Origin: Sarea resinae
Lineage: Eukaryota
Length of the DNA: 64,000 nt
Direction of reading: 5' to 3'
Assembly: GCA_026026165.1 (NCBI GenBank)
Contig: JAPEUD010000062.1
Coordinates: 1-64,000, forward strand
Each line of letters starts with the position of its first letter. Position 1 is the first letter of the stretch. This document shows positions 51,256 through 63,745 of the stretch, one piece after another. Made by a program: the position numbers and the translations under genes. The notes below the pieces were generated by a model that saw nothing but the letters and a program-made list of their open reading frames with translations, had not been told where the DNA came from and did not search any database.

Positions 51256-52597
51256 CACCACCAGCACGACCAGCGTCGCCGCCGCCGACACCGACCGACG
51301 GAGCAGCCATCTCCTCCAGTATCTCCAGCGTCTCCTCGTCGAACTCGATCCCGCCGCTTTCCATGTCGCGCAGCAGGTCGTCGGCGGCGGCGGCGCCGTG
51401 GCGATCGCCGGCGTGCAGTCGCAGCGCCAGGAGCGTGTTGTAGAGCGGCGTGGTGGCGCCCAGGACGTATGAGATGGGCCCGTGCGATTTTAGCGTCGCG
51501 AGGAGGGTGGCGGGGAGGGGGGAGGACGGGAAGCGGGTGGTTAGGTGGCGCAGGGAGAGGAGGAGGATGGTGGGGTAGGTGAGGGTTAGGGATGAGAGGT
51601 TTGGCGTTGCTGGTGGTGGTGGTGGGGTGGCTGTGTCGTCGTCGCTGATGGTGGTGGATGTGGTGGATGTGGATGTGGAAGCCGATTTCTTCGGTTTTCG
51701 TCCCTTGGGTTTACTGGTGGCGGCGGCGGGCTTGTTCTTCTGCTGCCGGTCGGGATCCAGGGTGGTGATGGGCGCGAAGACTTCGGTTTCGAGCACGCGC
51801 CAGAGAGCGATGTCGGTGGGAGCGGTCGCGAGGAGGCGGTCGATGCGCCTGAGCTCGGACTGCTGGGCTTCTGAGAGAGGGTTGGGCGCTTGGGCGGTCG
51901 TCGTGGCATCGGGAGAGCCAAGGGCTTCGGTTTCGCCCAAGGCGGCTGTCGAGGCGTGTTGTTGCTGTTGTTGCATCAACCCAAACGCCTGTCTTGCTGC
52001 CGCTCGGAGTGAAGGCGGATACCGCTCTATGGCCTGTCGGAGTCGATCCTCGTTGACCTGGCGCTGTTGATGGGCTGACTCCCCAGGCTGGAAGGATGAG
52101 TGGTCGTCTGCTTCTGCTGCTGCTGCTGCTGCTCCTCCTCTTCGCGAAGATGGTTTCTTGGTCGCCGGCTTCTCATCGGCTTGGGGCTCGGCATCTGCGG
52201 GCTGTTGTAGAAGGTCCGATGAGGAGGACGGTCGGGCAGAGGAAGCGATTATATCCTCGAAGATGCGCGAGAAAGCTTGGTGCTCCGAGATGGTGATTGT
52301 GGACTCTCGCGACGGCGGGGCTCGTGAGGGTCGAGGAGGGTGGTCGTCGGTGTCGGAGCGGTCATTGGGGCTCTGCCTGGCTGAACCGTGTTCGGAGTGG
52401 GAGTATGGACGGCTACTGTTGGAGTAGGGTGCCGTCGAGAGTGAGAAGAGACGGGCGGTCGAGGGTGAAGGGAGGCCGCGGTTGCGGAGAGGCTGGCGCA
52501 GGGTCCTGGTTTGATAGAGAAAAGGGAGGAAGGGGGTTTGGGCTGTCGACTTGGAGCCGAAGGCGGTCCAGAGGGGTAACGAGGCTTTCGACGGCAT
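51017..52597 (-). CDS. Mtf2/Nam1-like mitochondrial protein, single exon, 526 aa
   Basis: Presequence-like N-terminus with PFLYQTRT; STIT..E...F..IF; TDIALWRVLETEVF; YP..L....R.L...FPSSPL; SYVLGATTPLYNTLL. This is the pattern I associate with the fungal Mtf2 family. Confidence 0.7.
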
Positions 52598-52947
52598 GAC
52601 GCCCGTTTGAGTCTGATTGATTGCGTATGTGGAGGAGAAGTCAGGAGTTGACGGCTAAGAGTTGGCGGGTGTTGATGGGTGCTGCAGCGTCTGTGATATT
52701 ATCATCAATATCATCACATTCACTTGAAGCTTTAAACGAAAATGTCAGTAGCGCCAACGCGTTCGATCCGTCTGCGTGGTCTGTGCGGTGCTGCAACCAC
52801 TTTACGCGCTTCCTCCGAGTCATTACCTCACCAACACCACACGCGCCCGCTCGACAACAATCCTCGTGCGCGCCAGACCTCGCAACAACCTCCCTCCCAT
52901 ATCGCCACTCTCTCTCAATCACGACGACCCTTGGTATCCCGTCCAAA

Positions 52948-54847
52948 ATGACGCGCGACAAGCCAGAGCTCAACGAGTACGAGCTCCAGCGTCAAGCCAA
53001 CATCGCCAAGAACCAGGCCCTGCTCAGGGAGCTCCAGTTGAGCGCCGCGGCCGTGGGTCTGCAACCGAAAGCCCCGAGCTCCAAATCGTCAGCCGCCGCC
53101 GCCAGCAAGGACCGAAAGAGGAAGAGGGCGCCCGTCAAGAAGGAGAAAGACGAGTTTGTGCCGCGGCGGACGTCGTCTCGTCTGGCCGGCATCGTCGCCG
53201 ACAGCGAGGTCGCCAAGCGCAAGGCCGAAGAAGAGCACGATGCCTTTCGCGAGGCGGAGAAGGCGAAGCGCCAGCGCGTCAGCGGGGATCTGGATCTGAG
53301 CGATATCGTGGTCACGGGCAAACAATGGGATAAGAGCGGGAATTTCATCAAGGATCTGGTCAGGGGCGGCCGTCCGTACGAGAGGACTTTCACCGACCAG
53401 GATGTGAAGGAGACGACGGACAAGGAGCTGAGACAACTGAGGGAGAAGATGAGCGGATTGGAGCTCTGGGAAGGGTTCGAGCCAAATAGTAACATTTTCT
53501 TCCCTTTAATGATCAGTCAAGGCTGATGCGCCTGTTTCTTAGGGATCAAGGTGACACCGGAGCGCATTGTACGTCCTCAGACCTCTATGCTTACCCCTGG
53601 TAAAAGGCGCTGGCAGAACATCTAACACTCCCTAGTACTCAATGGCATTCCACCCGACGCCCGACAAGCCGCTCGTCTTTGCCGGCGACAAGTTGGGCAA
53701 TCTGGGTCTCTTCGACGGCTCGCAAACGGCGCCCGAAATCAAAGCCGAAAACACGTCGGACAACGACGACGACGACGCCGACGAACCCGAACCCTCCATC
53801 ACGACGTTCAAGCTCCACTCGCGCACCATCAGCGCCATGCACTTCCCCGCCCACGACGCCAACACGCTCTACACGGCCTCGTACGACTCGTCGATCCGCA
53901 AATTCGACCTGGCGGCCTCGCGCGCCATCGAAGCCTACGCGCCCGCCTCGGCCGACGAGGACGAGCCGCTGTCGGGCGTCGAGGTGCCCGTGACCGAGCC
54001 GCACATGCTGTACTTTTCCTCGCTCGAGGGCCGCGTCGGCCGGCACGACACGCGCACGCCGCCGCCCAGCTCCACCACCGAGCTCTTCCAGCTGTCCGAG
54101 AAGAAAATCGGCGGCTTCAGCCTGCACCCGTCGCAGCCCCACCTTTTGGCGACGGCGTCGCTGGACCGCAGCATCAAGCTCTGGGACCTGCGCCAGATCA
54201 AGCGGGCGTCGTCGTCGTCGTCGGAGAAACTCCCCCTCCTCGTCGGCGAGCACTACAGCGCGCTCTCCGTCTCACACGCGGCCTTTAACGCCCAGGGCCA
54301 GGTGGCCACGTCCTCGTACGACGACACGATCAAGGTCTACGACGTATCGACGGCGGCGGGCTGGACGGCCGGGCCGGGCCGGACGTTGACCGAGGAACAA
54401 ATGGAGCCGGTGAGCGTCATCCGGCATAACAACCAGACGGGCAGATGGGTCACCATGTACGTCGTCCCCTGTCCCCCGTCCCTATTTCTCCCCCCTTTTC
54501 CCTTCCTGCCCCTTTTCCCCTTTTCCCCTCTTCCATCCCTTTCTTTTCCCCCCCTCTTCTAGCCACACCACCCCACCACCCCACCCCCTCATCTAACCCT
54601 CCTCAGCTAACCCCCATCTAGTCTCCGCCCCCAATACCACCTCACCCCTCTCTCATTCCCACACACGCCCCGTTTCGTAATCGGGAACATGAACCGTTTC
54701 GTCGACATCTACACGTCGGCGGGCGAGCAGCTGGCGCAGCTGGGCGGCGACGGCATCACGGCCGTGCCGGCTGTCGCCGTGTTTCATCCGGCGCTCGATT
54801 GGGTCGCGGGCGGGACGGCGAGCGGGAAATTGTGTTTGTGGATGTGA
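52948..54847 (+). CDS. CMR1: DNA damage-binding WD40 protein Cmr1 (WDR76 family)
   Basis: [100 protein letters not shown]. Confidence 0.93.
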
Positions 54848-56059
54848 GGACTTTGTTGTTGTTGAGGATGGTTTTAGAGGGAGAGGGGAGTAGGGAGGCG
54901 GCGGCGGCGGCGTATGTTTTGGGCGGGGAAAAGAGTGGTCCTGTCGGTCAGTCAGTCAGTCAGTCAGTCGGGATAAAGGCTCGGAAAAGGCGGCGTACTG
55001 TATTTATAATCTTTCTTCCTCTCCCCCCGCTTCTCTCTCTCTCTCTCTCTTATTGGGAAAGCCCCCCAAAGGCGATCATGGCCCATGGAAACCCGGATAG
55101 ACGAACAGCACAGCATAGCACAGCACAGCACAGCCTACAAGAGCAAAATCTCCCTTCCTTTTCCCTTCCTTTCCTTCCCTCTCCTCTCTCGGACACCAAA
55201 AAAAAACCCCCCATGCCCCAATCCCAAACATTCTTATACGAAAACCAACAATTCTAGGAGGCCTTGAATCATCATGAGCATGAAAAGGAGCTTTTTTTCT
55301 ATCCTTGCGAATTTATATATTGATGTATGTATGTATGCGTGTACGTGTCTTATGTACCTCCAGTGATAATGTACTCTTCAGTGTCTTTCCTTCTATGCAT
55401 GTTTTCTTCCTTCTATGGCTGCTTTCTTTCTTCCATCTGTCCATGTGCCTACCTTTCCTTCCATCTATCCGCGCTTGTATCTCTCTCCATTGCACCAGTC
55501 TTAGTGATAACAAAACACTCTCTCTCCTCGCCCGAATCCAATCTATCCAATCCCACATCCAAAACCGAGGTGGTTCCCTTGTTTGCAAACCGCTGCACAC
55601 ACAAATCATGATCCCCGCAGTCATGACTAGGTGCAGAAACACACGACGACCGAGACACAAACAAGACCGCCCATTAAAGGGGACGGATCCTTCTGCCGAG
55701 CTCTGATCCAAACAAGAGGAGACGAGAGGAGAAAGAAGGGTGGAATCTTGTTTGTGTTTGGCGGGACCGTGGCACGGAGTCGAAAAAAAGGACGAGGATG
55801 GGAGGGAGAGCCGCATCGGAGAGCCCTCATTGATGTATTCCAAAATGAAAAACCAGGAGACCCATCTATCGACTATGGTATTGTGCGGGAAGTCATGGAG
55901 AGAGGTCGATCATCTAAACCCAAGCCCGAAGGCTGTTTTCCCTCTTGTATTCTCTAATTCGGCACCCCTTGGCACCTCGAACGAGTCTTGATGTCTCAGA
56001 GATATGGACTACCTTTGGGGGCTTTGCGAGACGTCCCAGACATCATATCCTTCGGGGCT

Positions 56060-59000
56060 TCAGTCCACGCTGATGACTTCGCGCACGTACGCCTTGAGAA
56101 TAGTAGCGGTTTGATCCTCAAGCTTGCTGCTTGACATTGGCGCATTCAGATCGTTGGTAAGCTTCCCCTCAACAAGGGAAGTTGTGTCATCTGATCGCTG
56201 CTTCTTACAGGTAGCCATGCCATTAAAATCATCATCAATGTCCAACTGGCGCTTCCGAGACGTTGATATGATACTGGGGACAATATCAGAGGTAAACGTA
56301 GCGGTGACAATAGCCGTAACAGTAGAATCGACAGCCACAGCATCGTCCGGAGGATTTGCAAGCCAAGCCTCTCGAAGAGCCAACCCCAAGGCCAAAGCAA
56401 CAGGGCGAGCCACGCTATTTCCAACCTGCTTCCATTTCTGTGCTGTATTGCCGATCAGGACTTCGTAATCTGGAAAACCCTGACCTCGTCGAGCTTCCAT
56501 AAGGGATAAAGCACGATGCTGATTCCAATGGAGCCAGGTACCCATGAACGCGTCTTGAGGCGTGATGGCAGTTGTTATCGTAGGCATTAGAGCATGTGGA
56601 TTCAGTCTGCCATAAGCGCTGAAATTCTTGATTCCTCGATTTTCGTATCGTTTGGCCAGGGAATCAACAACCCTGCTTTTAGATAAGCGCCCCTGATGCC
56701 ATGCTTTGGCAAAGTTTTGAGCCAACGGCGTAAGGGGAATCTGCGATATAAGTACTTGCGCATCATGACTTTCGACCCTCGATGTCCGGTGGTCGGGGTA
56801 TGGGATGCATGTCTGCACTCGCGCATCTCCAATATTGGGCAGGTCTTTGGTGGACTGTTCAGAGCTAACAAAGTCAAAGGGTGTGATTTCAAACGAGCGC
56901 GCTCCAAAGGGCAGCCCATGCGCACTTAGTCCAATACTGCTCTGTCGTGTGGTGACTGGATGGGCGTGAGATATTGGCGGCTGCGATGGCATTACAACGC
57001 CTGGTGCACCAGCAATAACAAACAGGCGTGACCGGCTTTGGGAACTGCCAAAGTTCCAAGCATCAATGTTGAACTGCTTCACTTGATATCCGAGCCCGAC
57101 GAGACAACACACAAGTTGTGAATACACATTTTGTTCATTCTTTCCCTTTCCCTTTTTCGACATCCGTAAGACGTTCTCCTCGAATGCGTATTTTGGTCTG
57201 CAGACATCTACATAAGAGGCCACTGATGCAACCAAAGAGCAATTTCGTTGGGAGTCGTCGCTGTCTTGATTATGATTAGCAGTCGAGAACCCTTGGCAAG
57301 GGCTTCCAGCAGATAAAAAATCCACGCCTAGTCGTTCATTCTTCTTCATGAGCTCAACTAGGAAGTCGTTCATGTTTCCAAGATACAACTCAGTATCGCT
57401 CCCAGGGACAAGGTTAGCCTTGTAGGTGTGCATTGCTGGGCTGTTCAAATCAACAGCCCATTTGAATTGGACTGCGCCACCTTCCTCTAGACCACGACCG
57501 AAATTGCCACCACCACAACATAGATCTAGCCCATTGAGTGGCTGCCTAGGTGTCCTTCTAGGATCAAATCCTTCAATCAGCGATGTTGGCGGAGAGCTCA
57601 ACCGCTCAAGAGACTGATTGTCGATTAATCTTGATGTGAAATAAAAGGCGTCCCCAACTCCTCCTCGGCAATAAGGAGCAGGAATGTCGTCTTCCATCTG
57701 AAAAAACCGTACATAACACCTCCTTGCCAAGCTTTCTGCAAGAACGCTCTCAATGCGATCTGTATAGACCAGTTCATTGGCAGGCGCATCTTTATAACCG
57801 AGATAACGTTTTCTGACAAGCTGCCTGCAGCTTACAAGTTCCGCGGCACCTTCCTGTTGAAAGTCGATGATTTCCATAGGCTCCAGAAGTTGCCTGCCTT
57901 CCTTCGTTTTCACAACAAGGACAGTGCTACCGATCGGGTACTTTTCCATGGCGTCCTCAAGGTCTGATCGGAAACCTTTCGAATGGTGAATGCATCTGAG
58001 ATCCGACTTTCTAAGGGTCAAGAAAGAGTCCTCGTCAGAGCAAAATTTCATTCGCACAAAGTATTCATCCCTAGTCTCCCCTGGCTGAGGAAAAAAGGAT
58101 ACTGGGGCGACCGCAATCACCTCATCAGCCTCGTATTTATCATCCTCGCAATTGCAGTTGTCTGAGAGAAAGAGTTCGCCAACAATTGGGTAATGCATTG
58201 AACCACAGGTAGTGTCGGACGGCTGGTACAGCCAGAGAAGGTGAAGCAGGCGTTTTCCAGTCCGGCTGATTTCGATGTCCTGCACGTATCCAAACCAAAC
58301 TTGTGCCGAGGCCTTCCATTTCGTCTTTTTATCTTTGGGGACGCACACGACGTCTCCCACCTTGATATCAGTTGCCTTCAGGGTCTGACGCTGTATCTGA
58401 CCATGCTTATCGCGCTGTAATCGACGAGGACGATTTATAGCAACACTCGCCATGACTCGATTGGCTCCTGATTCTTCCGAAGGCGAAGGCGAAGGCGAAG
58501 GCGCAACGGGCTTCAGGAACTTTCCCCATGGCATTCGCTTGAAACATTCGTATACAAAGGGCGTAACGACAGTAAGTATTTCGCGCTGGGGTTGTTCTTT
58601 GATAGCATCTAGCAGCTTCGGGTGAGACTCCTTCCAGATGGGATGCTTTAGAAGATCTTTGCTGATCCCCGCAGACTCCTTCCAGAGGAAATCCGGTTGA
58701 GCAGCAACAACCTGGGTGAAGTCAGTTGAAGGAAATGATTTCAACCAATTCCGAAAAGCGTTATCATGGTTGTGGGCAGGCTTGAGCCAGTCGATGAATT
58801 CATGCTTGAAGTCCGCAAGATGAACCTGGTCGTGGCAACTCAAGAAGCCCACAAAATGTTTTGTGAAATCGGCCACCCATAGAAAAGGTGTGTGATAGCG
58901 TCTGTATACAGGTGAAGGATCCTGAAGCCGATACCAGATATCTGAAGTTTCGTTGTAGACAGACTGTATCCAGATATTATCGTTGACACTATGTGCATCT

Positions 59001-59503
59001 TCGTCAAGGTAATTACCTATCGAAAGGAGCTTGAACGGTATTTTCTGCACGTAGCGCGTGCGACCTCCTGGGCCCTGCCGGAGGAGGCCATCGAAGAGAT
59101 AGAAATCATGGCCATCTTTTGCGCAGAGATTGTGCAGCGATACCAACTCATCAGCATCCTGATATGGACGGGAGCCAGCGCTGCTCGAATGTGGCCGGTA
59201 GATGCTAAAATCCAACAGGTCATAAGATATGTACCCGTCTTCAGAGGAACAGTCAGACGTTCCGGAGACCTCGAATTCCTCGATCACATCTCTCTCCAGC
59301 GAAGGTTTCAATGGAGGTACCCATCCCGCAGACTGGGATCTTGGAAAGACCGATGGCGGCACGTCAACGCAGATGGCTTCCCTCGACCAAGTTGCTTTGG
59401 ACCTGGACTCGGACTCTGGCTCAGCCGTGGTCAGATTCAGCTCTAAGAGTGTATCTGAAGTATCGTTAAGGTCGACATTGCTTGCATCTGGCGTCGATTT
59501 CAT
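56060..59503 (-). CDS. dim-2: DNA (cytosine-5)-methyltransferase, DIM-2 type, with BAH domains, single ORF 1147 aa
   Basis: BAH-like region (HLLWLYQPSDT..ELFLSDNCNC); motif I DLCCGGGNFGRGLEEGG; motif IV SAGSPCQGFS; motif VI ENV; motif VIII QSRSRLF; PYPDHR; motifs IX/X EARRGQGFPD and GNSV. Confidence 0.88.
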   Translation of the reverse strand: MKSTPDASNVDLNDTSDTLLELNLTTAEPESESRSKATWSREAICVDVPPSVFPRSQSAGWVPPLKPSLERDVIEEFEVSGTSDCSSEDGYISYDLLDFSIYRPHSSSAGSRPYQDADELVSLHNLCAKDGHDFYLFDGLLRQGPGGRTRYVQKIPFKLLSIGNYLDEDAHSVNDNIWIQSVYNETSDIWYRLQDPSPVYRRYHTPFLWVADFTKHFVGFLSCHDQVHLADFKHEFIDWLKPAHNHDNAFRNWLKSFPSTDFTQVVAAQPDFLWKESAGISKDLLKHPIWKESHPKLLDAIKEQPQREILTVVTPFVYECFKRMPWGKFLKPVAPSPSPSPSEESGANRVMASVAINRPRRLQRDKHGQIQRQTLKATDIKVGDVVCVPKDKKTKWKASAQVWFGYVQDIEISRTGKRLLHLLWLYQPSDTTCGSMHYPIVGELFLSDNCNCEDDKYEADEVIAVAPVSFFPQPGETRDEYFVRMKFCSDEDSFLTLRKSDLRCIHHSKGFRSDLEDAMEKYPIGSTVLVVKTKEGRQLLEPMEIIDFQQEGAAELVSCRQLVRKRYLGYKDAPANELVYTDRIESVLAESLARRCYVRFFQMEDDIPAPYCRGGVGDAFYFTSRLIDNQSLERLSSPPTSLIEGFDPRRTPRQPLNGLDLCCGGGNFGRGLEEGGAVQFKWAVDLNSPAMHTYKANLVPGSDTELYLGNMNDFLVELMKKNERLGVDFLSAGSPCQGFSTANHNQDSDDSQRNCSLVASVASYVDVCRPKYAFEENVLRMSKKGKGKNEQNVYSQLVCCLVGLGYQVKQFNIDAWNFGSSQSRSRLFVIAGAPGVVMPSQPPISHAHPVTTRQSSIGLSAHGLPFGARSFEITPFDFVSSEQSTKDLPNIGDARVQTCIPYPDHRTSRVESHDAQVLISQIPLTPLAQNFAKAWHQGRLSKSRVVDSLAKRYENRGIKNFSAYGRLNPHALMPTITTAITPQDAFMGTWLHWNQHRALSLMEARRGQGFPDYEVLIGNTAQKWKQVGNSVARPVALALGLALREAWLANPPDDAVAVDSTVTAIVTATFTSDIVPSIISTSRKRQLDIDDDFNGMATCKKQRSDDTTSLVEGKLTNDLNAPMSSSKLEDQTATILKAYVREVISVD

Positions 59504-61439
59504 CCTGCCCGTTGCTGCTCCGGACGTACATAGAAGACGCTAGGTTACCAGATGTCGCGGATGGCTACGAAGATTGCGCGTCCGAGCAAGGCCGCAATAG
59601 AAGCCGTCTGGATTTGTTGTCGTCGCGTCAATCGGTGTCTTGAAGTAGGTGGACAAGGAAGCCACAAGCAAGGAATACCAGATTCCGAGGTGAGAGATAG
59701 CCAACTGGCGCTAGGAGAACAGTGAAGTCGAGTCGCGTCGCGGCCGTCTTCTAATGCAACTTGAGTGCGGGCATAACAAAGGAACCTTGGTAGGTAGTAG
59801 TCACCACTGATTGCGATATTGGAGGCTTTGAGCGACGGAATGGACGATAATCGCGACCAGCGAGCGAACCAAGATGAATCATTGACACGAAGGGTAAAAG
59901 AGAAAAGGAAGGCTCCTTCTTCGAAGGATCGCAGAAAGCCTGATGCAACGAGTCTGGTAAGTCCAGGGATTCACGGACAAACAAACAATAAGGAAGAGTG
60001 CGGAGGTACCTGAGGGCCCGAATTCATCGATATCATTGGCCTCGAGCGAGGCGGTGAGCCGACTCGAGCAGATGGAAGGGAAGGGACGAGATGAGATCGG
60101 ATCGCGTCGTAGATGCAAAAGTCCTCAGTACTTGGATCTGCGTGTGCATCATGCCTATCAAGAGAGTATCACATACTCCGGGCCTGCGAAGATCCCCAGA
60201 TGGTGACTGGTACTCCCTCCCTGAATGGGTCAGCAGTGAAGGCCTCAGGCTCCATTACTCATCGTGTTCACTTACTCTCTCTCTCTCTCTCTCTCCTCTA
60301 TCACAAAGTCATTGCGCTTCATCGACCTCCATTGACTGGATGACTAATGCATCCTCTGACCTCATTCTTCTTCTTCTGCCCCTTTTCCGTTGTTTCGTTC
60401 AGTGAATATCAGTGGGCTGCCCGAATGCCGCCAACGTCACGGGCTTCCTCGAGGAAGGTCGTCTTTATTCTTTCCTCGTCTTCCCTTGTGAGAGAACTGG
60501 AGCAGTCTCCTCCGGCCAACACTACGGACGAGGCTTCTGTGATGATCCCACCGAGACCCATCGTCGATCGGATGCCTCTTCGTCGTTTATCCGTGCCGAC
60601 GCTGATCAGGTCAGTACATTGGATGCACGAAGTACAACATTGGCCAGTATTCGTACACTGCTGTCTCTGCTGCGCAGTAGGTACCTACTCTAGGGTCTGT
60701 GTGGCGCTGTCAGAACCCTGACCCCTTTGCTCAGGTACGGCGAGCCAGCTTAGGTCATGCTAAGGTAGGTATTCGTAGAGTACTCCGTACCTGGAACTAC
60801 TCCAACTAAATGACCAGCGCGGGCCATTCTCGGTCCAGATTGGAGACTGAGACTGGAGACTTTCATATCGATCTGTAAAGAATGGTGCAGTGATAGAGGC
60901 GGCATGAAGGCTCTGCTATCTCGAGGATGAAGGATGGATCACCATGTACTCCGAGTATCCAGGATCTGTACTTCATACGCGGTAAACAGCGATCCGGATC
61001 AAGTATCAGTTCCGTGCCCCACCCCCGTTTCCTAGTCGTATGACCGGTCCGGAGTACCCCGTATGCCAAATCAGGCGCAAGAGGTACCAGCATGTCGTCC
61101 TCGACAAAGTCCCCTGGAGTACTGTACTCGCACTCGTACGCTGGGAGACATCCGTGCCTCTACTAGACACGCGTAGAGTACCATGTATCAATCCGTAGTT
61201 CCCCATTCTCCTGTGCGTCTCGATCTCTTCCCAACATCTTCCCGACTTCTCTGGACGTGCTCAGGGTCATTCATCCTTGACCGTTGGCAGATGTGATATG
61301 ACCTGACCGTCTTTTGCTCTCGTTTATATAGAAGACCTCGGGACCCATCATATCCGTTGCTGCAACCTCACCTCACCCTCGCCATCCCTCCAAACCTCAC
61401 CTGCTCTTCTTGCAATCCTTCCAGCGTCGTGCAATTGCC

Positions 61440-63193
61440 ATGTCTGCCGTCGAGTCCGGAAAGCGGGGAGATGTCCTTTTCTCTCGGAGACAGGTCGAGG
61501 GTCTCATCGCCAATGGCCACCTGATAACCATTCTCAATGGCAAAGTCTTGAAGTTGGACAATTGGGTGCAGTATCACCCTGGTGGTGACATCGCCGTCAA
61601 ACACATGGTGGGGCGGGATGCGACGGACGAGATTCAGGCGTCAGTATCTACAGGACTCGAACGCGTGAGACTGGAGTCACTGACACGAGTGCCTACAGCT
61701 TACATTCCGAGGGAGCACTCCAGCGGATGCCGGCCTTCATCATTGGAAGAGTTGAAGGGCGATGGACGAATTTCCTGCCACCAATTCAAGGCGGAAAGTT
61801 CAGGCCGTACGTCGAGGGTGAGGACCTGGCTTACGAGAGCGACTCTGGGCATCCATCCAGCCATGAGCCGTCACCGGCCCCATCACCTCTCTTCGAGCCC
61901 GCCGACGCATCGGCCAATCTCACCAGAAGGAAGACTGGAACGGTCTACGACCATGGCCATGACGCCGGGTCAATGTCTTCAATTTCTTCCGCAGAAGCCC
62001 CACCTTCCAAGCCCAAGCTCTCATCTATAGACCGACGTACTCAAGAAGAGATTGAGCTTGACTCGGCCAAGTATCCTCCTCTCGACCCCGTCACTCAAGA
62101 TCGTATCGTCGAAAAATATCGCATTCTCCACGATAGGATGCGCACAGAGGGTCTCTATGACTGTCATTACTCCTCGTATTTTATCGAACTCTGCCGGTAC
62201 ACATTCCTCTTCTCGATGTTCGTGCTCTTCATGAAATGGGGTCATTATGCGATCAGTGGATTCTTCCTGGGCTGTTTCTGGCACCAGTTGGTTTTCACAG
62301 CCCACGATGCAGGACACATGGGAATCACGCACAATTTCACGGCCGACACGGTAATCGGTGTCCTCGTGGCAGACTTCCTCGGCGGATTGAGTCTGGGATG
62401 GTGGAAACGCAATCACAATGTCCACCATATTGTAACCAACTCCCCTGAACACGACCCTGACATCGAACATTTGCCATTCTTTGCGATATCGCACCGCTTC
62501 TTTGACTCCCTTCGAAGCACCTACTACGAGCGCATCATGACCTACGACGCTTTTGCCAAGTTCCTGATCAGGTATCAGGACTTTCTCTACTATCCCATCC
62601 TCACCTTCGGCCGCTTCAACCTCTACCGTCTCAGCTGGGAATACCTCCTCAAAGGCCAGGGCCCCCGCAAAGGTATCGCTTGGTGGCACCGCTGGTTCGA
62701 AATCGCAGGCACTATATTCTTCTGGACCTGGTTTGGCTACGGCGTCGTTTACAAAACCATTCCGACGAACTGGGGTCGCTTCTCCTTCGTCATGATCAGC
62801 CACATGGTCACGATGCCCGTGCATGTACAGATCACTCTAAGCCATTTCGCCATGAGCACCGCTGAGCTAGGCGAACACGAGTCCTTTCCGCAGAAAATGC
62901 TCCGCACGACCATGGACGTAGATTGTCCGCAATGGCTGGATTTCTTCCACGGCGGGCTGCAATTCCAGGCCATCCACCACTTGTATCCGCGCATGCCGAG
63001 ACATAATCTCCGACCCGCGCAGAAGCTGGTTCAGCAATTCTGCAACGATGTCGATATTCCTTATGCGCTATTTGGGTTCGTGGATGGCAACAAGGAAGTC
63101 ATTGGGAAGCTGGGGGATATTGCTCGCCAGGCGGCCATTTTGGCCAAGTGCCAACGGACCATTGCAGCGAGCGAGGATTATGGCTTGCATTAG
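61440..63193 (+). CDS. SLD1: Delta-8 sphingolipid desaturase (cytochrome b5 fusion), 2 exons (61440-61639, 61699-63193)
   Basis: b5 motif HPGG; His boxes HDAGH, HNVHH and QAIHH; WWKRNHNVHHIVTNSPEHDPDI. Confidence 0.9.
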
Positions 63194-63745
63194 GCAATGT
63201 CGAGGTCCATCTGGGAGAGGAGGAATTGGGATGTCTGGAGGTAGAGTTTTCAATTCATGACTTTCATTCAGGATTATAGAGGGAGTTGCTATAGGAGTCA
63301 CCTGGGTTCGAAGCGTTGGTGTCTAATATGTAGCGCACTGGGCACCAAATGTATTCGAAATGTTGATTTCGAAGATACGATTTTGCTGGGGATGGAATGA
63401 CTAGAATTCTGTATTTGCCATATGACACTTTGAAAGAGTTCGTCCCATCCTAGGACCCATCGATTACCAGTAGTGACTGTTCAAGCAATGGAATTGTACA
63501 AGATTGTAGAACGTGGGATGGTGCAATGCAAATCTGCTCTGGCACCAAGCTGAAGCCTGGACGGCCAGAAGCGAGCGGGTGCAACATCAACACCGTTAGG
63601 AGTGATATCGTGACATCGTGACAGCTCAATTATAAATCTACCTCGATTATAGATAGACGCGGGGAACGTGATCAACAAGTTTCCCAAAATTTACTTTCTC
63701 TTCTCTCCTCGTATTTCGACGAATTTGATCTAGACTTGATTCTGG

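Noticed and set aside
28050..54847. Apparent clustering of mitochondrial genes (carrier, ATM1, AIM24, COQ9, MTF2-like) and genome-maintenance genes (RAD54, CMR1)
   Set aside because: Both are large functional classes, the genes are interleaved with unrelated ones, and I saw no shared motif specific to them, so this is not evidence of a cluster.
62021..62824. 267-aa antisense ORF, and similar shadow ORFs over fmdS, the kinesin, CMR1 and the small gene
   Set aside because: These are antisense or alternate-frame shadows expected from GC-rich codon usage of the real genes.
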